From a bacterium (GTDB taxonomy: Bacteria; SAR324; NAC60-12): 10,589 bases of DNA. The notes beneath the pieces are model-generated. The model had not been told where the DNA came from. It worked only from the letters and a program-made list of their open reading frames with translations, and searched no databases. Positions 1-7,989 of the stretch are shown here, piece by piece. Positions within the stretch are counted from its first letter, which is position 1, and the number at the start of each line of letters is the position of its first letter. Both the position numbers and the translations under genes were made by a program. The DNA lies in NCBI GenBank assembly GCA_965233585.1, contig CBDDTI010000417.1:1-10589 (forward strand), read 5' to 3'.

Positions 1-62
1 TACAAATTATATAGTACTTTTCCCACAGGCACAAATGTGGGAAAAGTACTATATAATTTGTA
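1..62. repeat. Perfect 27-bp inverted repeat with 8-nt spacer (fold-back at the 5' truncation point of the PLE)
   Basis: 1-27 TACAAATTATATAGTACTTTTCCCACA is the exact reverse complement of 36-62 TGTGGGAAAAGTACTATATAATTTGTA; spacer GGCACAAA (28-35). The left arm runs into the window edge, so it may be longer. Confidence 0.95.
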
Positions 63-154
63 GACCGAACATGGCGACCCTGAATAACAGAAATGAACTT
101 GTATCGAGTTGCAGACATGCAAAGAAATTCCTTCTGAATAGCGTGATTATTTAG
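38..154 (+). pseudogene. C-terminal remnant of a PLE ORF (tail following the GIY-YIG endonuclease region)
   Basis: Translates without interruption as [38 protein letters not shown] (stop TAG 152-154). It matches the recalled 'C..CL.EK..I....TLN.R.EL.S.CRH..KFLL' C-terminus of cnidarian/aquatic PLE proteins. Too short for the supplied ORF track. Confidence 0.8.
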
Positions 155-155
155 G

Positions 156-347
156 CCTATAAGATTTATTTTTAGCAGTTTGTTTTTAGCCCGCGTTTAC
201 TGTAATTGTTTTATCGTTGCTACACACCCCTTTACCGTTTTTTTTTCAAAATATCCTATAAGATTTAGTTTAAGAAGTTTACTGTCAATTGTTTTACCGT
301 TGCTATACACCCCAGCCTATTATGACTTGTTACGGTTTTTTCAAAAT
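156..347 (+). repeat. Two imperfect ~95-100-bp direct repeats in the PLE 3' UTR
   Basis: CCTATAAGATTTA starts at 156 and 255; both copies contain TTTACTGT(C)AATTGTTTTAYCGTTGCTAYACACCCC and end in TTTTTTCAAAAT. Confidence 0.85.
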
Positions 348-383
348 TACTATAATACACCATGTATTCTTTCTTTTTGGCAA

Positions 384-429
384 TTGCCTGATGATTGCCT
401 CGTAAGAGGCATGAAACTCAGAGTAGCAA
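384..429 (+). ncRNA. Minimal type I hammerhead ribozyme
   Basis: Stem I TTGC(384-387)/GCAA(426-429); core CTGATGA (388-394); U395.U412 then stem II TGCCTC(396-401)-GTAA-GAGGCA(406-411); GAAA (413-416); stem III ACTC-A-GAGT (416-424); GUA triplet with predicted cleavage after A425. Confidence 0.88.
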
Positions 430-549
430 ATAAATGTTTTTGACCTAGTTCAAGTCTACGTTTCTATTCAAAGCTCTGGTAAATCCATTGAGCACTTTTT
501 AGCTGATGATCAATTTTTATCACTTCATTTTATATATATATGTATAAAT

Positions 550-630
550 ACATTTTTACTATATTTGTAAAAACACATTAATTCTGTTGCCACTGTGTTT
601 AAATAAAGTTTATTATTATTATTATTATTT
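550..630 (+). mobile_element. Probable 3' tail of a non-LTR retrotransposon (CR1/L2-like): AATAAA followed by (TAT)n
   Basis: AATAAA at 602-607 directly followed by GTT(TAT)6 to ~628. The family is inferred only from this tail architecture; 5' boundary unknown. Confidence 0.5.
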
Positions 631-2090
631 AAATAGTTATTTCCACAATCGTACAGCAAACTCCAAAATCTACTCTCTGGTTAGCATTTCTGTAACAGCA
701 CAAATCTTCAGCCAGCTAGGCTAATCAAGCTGACTCACCTTGTATAAACAGGCCAATAGTAGATAGTTATATTTACACTGATTTACATGTACTACATTTA
801 CAAGCTCAAGTGGCAAAGTTGGCAGGCACCTCCAAATTAATTCACCAACTCCTCCTGAGACAGTTTCTAAGGATATCAGTCTCGTAATAGTTAATCCAAT
901 GTTACAGTTTGTTCATAGACTTCCAGTCCTTTACTGTGCACTCCTCCTGGTTTTTTTTAGTGCTATATTTCAGGAGAAGTATGACAATAAGATTATTACC
1001 ACTTAAAAAAGTAACAGCATTATGCATGTATCAATGTTAAGCCCGAGGGGGGGAACCCCGGGCAGATGTGGGGCATTTGACCTCTATTGCCTTCCCCACC
1101 CTCGGGAATTTGACTAAGAATCTCGGTCCCAGGGTGGGAACGTTTGCTATTTTTGAGTTATTTTTTTGTAAAAAAAATACCTCTTAGTCGGCGCGTCGAG
1201 TATGTTAAGGACGGGTCAATGGATCATTCAGTGAGTGAGTTAGTCAGTGAGTGAGAGATGTATGTATCAGGGTCGTAACGAGGTATATGGGATCAGGGAT
1301 CAAAAGCCTAAAAAAGGGTGGGATCCGGGATCACAGCCCCAGGATCTGGGATCACAGCCCCGGGATCGGGATCAGCGGTGTTTTTCATTGGATCAAGGAT
1401 CAGGCGTTCTGGATAACAAAAGGAATTCACAACGCCCTCCTTAACAGAGTTTTTAAAGCTGTTTGAAATTTCATGGTCCAATTCATACAACAATTCTTGG
1501 TATTTGGACTAGCTGACTGATAGATGACTGGAGATCGGAACCAGAGAGTACTGGTTAGTCACGCGTTCGTTAATCTGTTAATAACTTGCCAGGATTTTAT
1601 TGTCTAACTCGATCGCGCCGCATGACATTCAATCATGTCATGTAATATGTCATATGAACACGTTGGATTGCTTTCGACTGAGCGCGAGTTGTTATAGGTA
1701 TAAATTTTGGATCGTAAGAGTCAACTTTTCAGATCGGTTTGTTATTTGTTCAATGGGGAAAAGAAAGAGGAGAAAATACTATCGCACATTTAGAAGGTAA
1801 ATTGATTTACGGTTTTGTTTCTTGTTAAAGCAGCAATCTTTTGTCAAAATTTAATTTCATGAACTGCACATTCTAGGTCACGTTCCTGGTCGCCCAGAAG
1901 AAAAGGCAATCATGAGCGAAGCTCAAGGCGGCGATCATCGAGCACATAAGTTAGATTAATGTGTGTGAATGTTGTTACCTATCATTGAGACTAGAGTATA
2001 CATAGAATTGTTTTTAAAACTGCAAACGACCAGACACATTGGCAACTGATAGCACCAAATGACAATGTACGTCTTGCGAGACGTGAGCAG

Positions 2091-2255
2091 CACGGGAGGG
2101 AGGGGGGGGGGACTCCCTATAATGGCCTATACGGGAAGGCTCCGCCCGAAATGGGTACCTCTTTCAGGCTTTAGGTATATAAAAGAGTAAGGATTTCACA
2201 AGTTGAGGTATATAAAAGGGTAGGGAAATCGGTCATTTAGGTATTTAAAAGGGCC
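2091..2255 (+). mobile_element. Terminal fragment of a G-rich (CCCGGG-type) MITE with 33-bp periodic AGGTATWTAAAAG repeats
   Basis: CACGGG-poly(G)-ACTCCCTATAATGGCCTATACGGGAAGGCTCCGCCCGAAA; AGGTAT(A/T)TAAAAG at 2173, 2206 and 2239. Shares poly(G)-ACTC...GGCTCYGCCC with 6877-6925. No matching opposite end seen. Confidence 0.65.
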
Positions 2256-2645
2256 ATGAACTGAATAAATAACACTCGTCGTTTGCTTAACATTTCTTCC
2301 GGTAAGGCTTGATATTCTCCAGTAATATTGTTCAAATCACTCTTCCTTTCCAATGTATACCGGACCCCAAAGCCACTACACGGAACGAACAATAAACAAG
2401 AGAGACCCTGAGTGGCTTTATGATTGTGCAAAGCTCAGGGAAGAACATTTAGGCCAGAGGATAGTTGAGGGACCTGAGGCTGTTTGCTAAAGAATTTGGA
2501 CAAGGCGTACGGCAGCAAAGAGTAAGACACAAGACGAACGAAAAGGCTGGAACCCTCCCTCTGACCCTAAGAATGATCCTAAGGGTTCGAAAATGAAAAT
2601 GCTGTTGACATGGTCAAAAAGCTGCCAGCCTTAGGCGCAGGTCAA

Positions 2646-2936
2646 TATACACTTAATGTATGGTCCCGAGGGAAACAGTTAGTTCGTCTCGGGAAAGATC
2701 AGGACTCGAGGGAAAACAAAACTGACTAGTCAGTTCCCGAGGGACCATACATTAAGTGTTTTGTTATATGTTTAGACTTTCATATAGCAAAAACAAACAA
2801 ACAAAGAAGGCATGCGGGCAACAACTGCGCAATTGTATCCCGGTCGGGATACATTAGAATTTGATCAGGGGCACGTGACCAAGAATCGACCAATCGCAGT
2901 GCTCATTTTGTTGAATGAAAGTGTAGCTACATAACA
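2646..2936. mobile_element. Small multi-hairpin repeat element (A..A' B..B' architecture), superfamily uncertain
   Basis: Perfect 19-bp IR ACACTTAATGTATGGTCCC (2649-2667)/GGGACCATACATTAAGTGT (2741-2759); 16-bp palindrome AACTGACTAGTCAGTT (2720-2735); imperfect IR 2762-2782/2916-2936; hairpin TGTATCCCG-GT-CGGGATACA (2834-2853). Confidence 0.7.
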
Positions 2937-3899
2937 GTAGCGAATAGTGAATAGTGCAAATAGGCAAAACAAAAAAAAAAAGAAACTTGTGTAAACTAAC
3001 CAGATCGTATGCTTATGAAATTCTTAAGTTTGAAGCATCATCAAACAATGTTTCTTTTTGAAACGACTGGTCAAGAGAAGTTACTGCGATGAAATACGTT
3101 TTATTCCAACTTTGGTCATTAAAATGGAACTTTTTAAAAAGTTTATTTGAGGCTAATATTAACGTCAATTTCAAGCCTTTTTTGTCAGGCGGATAGAATC
3201 GAAAGGTATCACATCTTTATGGAAAATTTGTTTCCCTGTGTTTTCCTCAAAAACGTTTAGGAATTTTATAGTATCACACTAGTTTGTTTTGAATCTAGTG
3301 AAATTAACCTTATAGTTAATGTTAAATTTGAGTTTGAAAATCAAGAATGTTCACATGTGTCAACGAATTGTCGGACCCTTCGATGATGATTGTGAAAGGT
3401 TATATTCTGTAATGGTTAAGACGAACAAAAGAAATTGGGATAAAGTTAATTCAGGTAGGATCCTATTTAAATGCTTTGCCGGATCATTATAATATAGTGA
3501 AAGAAATGTGAAGTGGCGCAATGAAGAGAAAATCTCCTGGGATCAGCAAAATTTTGCGGGATCAGGGATCAAAATTGTCATCACTTTTGGGATCAGGGAT
3601 CAAAAATTTGGGTAAAAATACGGGATCAGTGATGAAAAAATATACCTCGTTACGACCCTGATGTATGTCACACCAGTCACATCGGATCTACTATAAACAG
3701 CCAATCAAATTTCTTGTCTTAAAGGTAAATGGTATGTGAGAAGATTCGATCCCGATACAGTTCAGAACGGCCATATTTATTCTACTATGAAAGAGGAGAA
3801 AGTATTTCCTCATTTTCTGTGGGTTGTGCTAAGGATTTTAGTTATGGACGAGATGAGCCTTGAGGTTTGAGACAGTACGTGAGCTTGTTGTATGCAAAT

Positions 3900-4600
3900 G
3901 GTACTAGATATTTTTATTTTTAGTTCCAAAAGTAACATGATATTTTTGTTTTTCACAAGAAGTAAATTCAATTAGAGGTCACGCATCGTCGCTTCTAGTT
4001 CTTAGAAAAAGGTTTTAGAGAAGACAAGACTATTTTGATTTGAAAGAGTTTGAACGTTTACAGTAGTAAGTGCAGATAACGATTGTTTTGGTCTTTTTGC
4101 ATGCAAATATAGCGAGATATTTTTTTATTTTTGGGTTACAAAGGGTAATTTGACACTCTTGTTTTTCACAAGGGAGTAAATTCAATTAGAGCTGACGAAT
4201 CGTCACCACTTGTTCCCACGAGATGTTTGCTATCTTTAGTTACAAGGGTAACTTGATACTTTTGTTTTTGACAAGAAGTAAATTCAATTAGAGGTCATGC
4301 ATCGTCGCTTCTAGCTCTTAGAAAAAGTTTTAGAGAAGACAAGACTATTTTGATTTGAAAGAGTTTGAACGTTTACAGTAGTAAGTACAGATAACAATTG
4401 TTTTGGTCTTTTTGCATGCAAATATAGCGAGATATTTTTTTATTTTTTAGTTACAAAGGGTAATTTGACACTCTTGTTTTTCACAAGGGAGTAAATTCAA
4501 TTAGAGCTGAAGAATGGTCACCATATTTGTTTGCTATCTTTAGTTTCAAATGGTAACTTAATACTTTTGTCTTGTATATGAGTGTAAATTCAATTAGAGC
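3900..4600 (+). repeat. Higher-order tandem repeat: ~316-bp unit x ~2.2 built from alternating ~214- and ~100-bp subunits
   Basis: Core (A)GTAAATTCAATTAGAG at 3961, 4175, 4277, 4490 and 4583 (spacings 214, 102, 213, 93). 3961-4210 is nearly identical to 4277-4523. Confidence 0.92.
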
Positions 4601-5643
4601 TCTTAAGTTATCGGCTATTGTTCCCAGAATATTAAACAAAAAAGAAGCTTTTATTTCTGGACGGTTTTTAGGTCTCTGCAGTAGCAGTTTTTTTATATTT
4701 GAAGAGCATTTTTTGTGACATTCTTTTCAGTCCGATATCTTTTAAGGTAAAAAGTATGAAAACTGCTCAAATGTTCTTTGAAGACTACGTGGCACCAAGT
4801 AAAAGTGCAATTTAATTAAATCAGACTTTTAACGTGTCAGAGTTTTTTCTCTTTCGGTGAATTAGTGTTGTCGTGTCGTGTTGTGTTGTGTTAAAAGGGT
4901 AAACTTACGACGTGCGAAAAGGTCTCTTCACTTGAGTATTTTGGGCAAAAATTCCTTTTGGGGATTGGAGGGGCTTTGTGATCGATGAGTGAGGGAGTTA
5001 TGCATTTTCGTGTGTCACAGCAATCACAGTGTGGGTTGTATCAAAAAACGAAATCAAATTGCCTGTCAGAAAATAAGATGCTATCTACATTAATCTGGAG
5101 ACATGTCAGTTTACTGTACGTTGTTCAGTCAAACATTTTATGGCGTACTATTTTGCTATCTTATCATTACCGATGTAACGTTGTATTTACAAATTATAGA
5201 TTTCCAGTTTCCTTCTTGCTGTACATCGCAACCCAAACCTTAACCAAATCATTACTGTGAACAGTTCTACGAATACTCCTATCACCAAAAAAATAACTCT
5301 TGCACGCTTTGCGTGCCTATGTTTTGCACAAAGGAACACATCATCCCACGCGCCCTGATTTCCGTTTCGTAAACGGTCAATACCATTTCTAAAGGTCAAT
5401 GCCCTTATCGGTAACCAAGCCTTTCAGAATGGATGCTATATCTGCTTTAGTTTAGGCCTGGAGAAGGTAGAAACTGGTTATAATTTGTTGATGGAGTTAA
5501 AATGCACTCACCAAATGCTAAATTTTTCATATCCACAGTGGTTCGCTAGCAGTTTGTTTTTATTTATTGTTTCGGGTAACTCTATCATTAATAGTTAAGA
5601 AAGTCATGTTTCGTAATTAAATTTTGCGAGAAATTGGTGGATC

Positions 5644-5714
5644 AACCCGGTAGTGTAGTGGTATAAGAGGGGTGTTCGGAAGCAGAGGTTCAGGATTCGA
5701 TAATGGGAGGTTAT
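5644..5714 (+). pseudogene. Degenerate tRNA-derived segment (A-box intact, B-box decayed)
   Basis: TAGTGTAGTGG (5651-5661) fits the A-box/D-arm consensus; GAGGTT variable-loop-like segment; GATTCGA (5694-5700) at tRNA-like spacing (45 nt from T8 to T54 equivalent). Stems pair poorly. Confidence 0.35.
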
Positions 5715-5848
5715 TGACATAGTTTCCTATTTTCTTTAATTTAGCAGAGAAAAAATTTTTTGATAGTTAAAAAATTTTCTTAGTGTCGTGAAAATGACAT
5801 TGAACGTTTAAGAAATGGACAAGTGCTGCGCCGACCATCTTGAAATTG

Positions 5849-5898
5849 AAGTAGCGCGGCTTTCGGGGCTTTAGTAAAGCCCTGAAAGACCGCTGCTT
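5849..5898. other. Long 3' subterminal stem-loop of the HINE-like element
   Basis: AAGTAG-CGCGG-CTTTCGGGGCTTTA-G-TAAAGCCCTGAAAG-A-CCGCTGCTT; over 20 bp of pairing with G.T wobbles and small bulges. Confidence 0.85.
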
Positions 5899-6480
5899 TT
5901 AACAGAGGTAAAAACTTGTTTTTATATTTGTACAAAAACACTACTTCTGACGACTCATTTTCAGTATAAATTGATGGAACACCTGGGGATATTTGATCTG
6001 ATTTGACCAAATTTTCGGGCCCCATAGTGGGGATTTTGACCAAAAATTATCCTGAAAAGTCAAATGCCCTACATCTGCCTGGGGTCCCCCCCCCCCCCCT
6101 TCGGGCTTAACATTGATACATGCATTATTGTTCAGTTGAGACTTTCAAATGAAGGCTAGAGGTCTCTGATGACCATGTTTCTTATCCCAGGGCAATCTGT
6201 TTCTTGTGCTTTTCAAGCCAGAAAAAAACTTTTCCATGTCTTGTCCAACCAGTGGAGAAAATTAATCTCTTGAAAGTGTTCATGGCATCCGTTAGGAATG
6301 CAGTTTGCATAAGTCTTTCAACATTAACATTTCATCATCTTTGGCACTTCTTGTGGTATATGTGCCTGGGGTGAAGGGTGAATCTTTGTTACCTTGTCAA
6401 ACTGCCCTTTTATCTGGTAGATCCTAGGTGCTACCATGGAGGCAGTGATGATGGTGGGAAAAAAATATATTAGGAGGGTG

Positions 6481-6551
6481 GGAGGGGGGGGGGTTGATTT
6501 TTGCCCCCATTCGATCATCTTGTCACTTGAAATCCATAGTATTCCCCTATG
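6481..6551 (-). mobile_element. Short degenerate terminal fragment of another G-rich MITE
   Basis: Minus strand reads GGGGAATACTATGGATTTCAAGTGACAAGATGATCGAATGGGGGCAAAAATCAA, resembling a recalled coral MITE end. No partner end in the window. Confidence 0.4.
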
Positions 6552-6876
6552 GCTCACTGGCATGGTGGTTTGCTGTCGGGAATCGGTTTTCGCTGACAAA
6601 GGAACTCACAGTCTCTTGATTTTAACAGTTTTAATAGCACAGCATCAAGCCTATCTTTTACAATTCTTTTTCTCGACTCCCTCTTTTCTCACTGAAAAAC
6701 TACCTATCTCACCTATCAAAAAGACTCTCTAGCTGTCATCACCAGAAAACATAAACATGAGTAACGCAAACTTGCAGTCACGACATTGCTTTTTTTGATG
6801 AAACTTGACTATCCAGGTTCCAATTGTTCAAACTTTATAATTAGCTAGCAAATAGCACTTTATTCATAAAATGCTT

Positions 6877-6995
6877 GGGGGGAGGGGGCTACTCAACAAA
6901 TGTTTATGTGGGGAGGCTCTGCCCCGAGGTCCAACCCCTTACCCTATACATACCATTTTTCATGTAAAAAGGCAACCCTTTCACAAACCTTCCCT
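6877..6995. mobile_element. Terminal fragment of the same G-rich MITE type as 2091-2255
   Basis: Poly(G)-CTACTCAACAAATGTTTATGTGGGGAGGCTCTGCCCCGAGG aligns with poly(G)-ACTCCCTATAATGGCCTATACGGGAAGGCTCCGCCCGA at 2101-2149. Same orientation, so these are not two ends of one insertion. Confidence 0.55.
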
Positions 6996-7989
6996 CCCCC
7001 AGGAAAATGCTATGACAAATGCATTATTTGGTGGGTGAAGATTTATGCCAGTGATGGATGGAATTTAATTATCCATCATTTGAGCAAAAAGGGCCAGGTG
7101 GTGAGCTTTTTATCCGTTTTAACTAAAACTAAATTACAAACAGTGATCATGACTGGCTGGCTTAGGCAATACTGCTATTCTACTACAGATTCCCTAAAAA
7201 ACACCTTAGCCTCCCTGGGCCTCATTTCAGTCATTCCACTTTCCATTTGGTGACAGCAATAATGATTATCTTACAAGAATTTATGAGGAACTAATTTCAC
7301 ATACCGTAACTGTTTCAATTTATACGACCAATCTTCCCAGTTTTACACAGCTGGGAATTTTCTTTGGTGCACCAATCAATCCCCAAGTAAACAATGAAAA
7401 GTTACTGTAAGTTTTTGTATTCTAGAAGGTAAATTATGTTAAAAGTTACAACCAAAGCTGAAAATGGAAGGACATTTAGCTGGGTTCACCATTTCAAGCT
7501 TGTATATATACAAGAAAATTACCCTAATCATTTCTTCTGGAAGCTAAAAACAAAGTCCTAAGTGCATCTATCCACTAATTTGCTTGTTTTTAATCCAGAA
7601 AAACTCTACTCTGAGTCTACATGAAGTTATATTTAGAAAATAGTGGCAAGACAGATGTAAAAGTATTAATAAGTCAGTGATGTGATGTCAACATCTGAAT
7701 AAAGAAGTCAGTAAAATCCCATACAACACTTTCTGGTACATATCATTCGTGTGGCTTTAATCTCAAAGTCAAAATTCAGATTTTTTCAACAAAATGAAAA
7801 ACAGTTAAAGACTCTGGGACACAGATCCAGAGTTGCAAAGGTCATGTGTAACAGGGAGGGAATAAAATGTGGGTGTGCCTCATTTAAGGCATGTCTTGCA
7901 AGTTTGTATATGACATATGAGCTTAAAACAAATTTAATTGAACCTATATTAATTTTGGAAGACAAAAACAGATAGAAAAAAAGGAAATA

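Larger units (their letters stand above)
36..545 (+). mobile_element. 5'-truncated Penelope-like retroelement (3' end: ORF tail, 3' UTR, hammerhead ribozyme)
   Basis: PLE-type C-terminal peptide at 38-154, hammerhead motif at 384-429, AATAAA at 429-434, inverted copy at the 5' junction. The 3' boundary is approximate, taken at the (TA)n run at ~531-545. Confidence 0.85.
1268..3660. mobile_element. Non-autonomous DNA transposon with perfect 21-bp TIRs (CAGGGTCGTAACGAGGTATAT) and GGATC subterminal repeats
   Basis: 1268-1288 is the exact reverse complement of 3640-3660. About 10 GGATC motifs in 1290-1401 and about 8 in 3459-3627. Flanks ATGTAT (1262-1267) and ATGTAT (3661-3666) lie in an (ATGT)n tract, so the TSD is 2 or 6 bp. 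Confidence 0.92.
1186..5918 (+). mobile_element. Helentron/DINE-1-like non-autonomous element (HINE type), ~2.3 kb after removing the nested insertion
   Basis: TT then subTIR GTCGGCGC (1187-1194); (GTGA)n/(ATGT)n microsatellite at ~1230-1267 resuming at 3661; central tandem repeats ~3900-4600; inverted subTIR GCGCCGAC (5828-5835); long stem-loop 5849-5898; ends CTTG|TTTTT at 5915-5918. An alternative boundary pair is TACCTCT(1178-1184)/AGAGGTA(5904-5910). Confidence 0.65.
1023..6124. mobile_element. MITE with ~60-bp TIRs and TTA target duplication (PIF/Harbinger-like), split by nested insertions; ~370 bp when reassembled
   Basis: Left end TGCATGTATCAATGTTAAGCCCGAG(n)AACCCCGGGCAGATGTGGGGCATTTGA (1023-1080) is the near-perfect reverse complement of TCAAATGCCCTACATCTGCCTGGGGTC(n)TTCGGGCTTAACATTGATACATGCA (6060-6124). 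TTA at 1020-1022 and 6125-6127. Confidence 0.9.

Noticed and set aside
503..530. Second CTGATGA in the PLE tail (similar isolated CTGANGA at 4192, 4507, 5948, 6166)
   Set aside because: No stem II followed by GAAA downstream.
677..715. Minus-strand hammerhead-like string CTGG-CTGAAGA-TT-TGTG-CTGT-TACA-GAAA-TGCTAA-CCAG
   Set aside because: Stem I and both core boxes are present, but position 16.1 is A rather than U, stem III cannot form and stem II has two extra unpaired U; probably chance or too decayed.
733..740. Minus-strand splice donor AG|GTGAGT
   Set aside because: No convincing open exon or acceptor upstream on that strand; all three frames of the adjoining 800-950 segment contain stops.
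2353..2634. Possible decayed transposase coding sequence inside the CAGGG element
   Set aside because: Only short frames broken by stops (e.g. MYTGPQSHYTERT...), with no recognisable DDE or zinc-finger motif.
3961..4600. CRISPR-like repeat/spacer reading of the GTAAATTCAATTAGAG repeats
   Set aside because: Intervals are 93-214 bp and are themselves duplicated; no cas genes; eukaryotic transposon context.
2091..6995. The two G-rich MITE fragments as ends of one large element
   Set aside because: They are in the same orientation and sit in different nesting layers.
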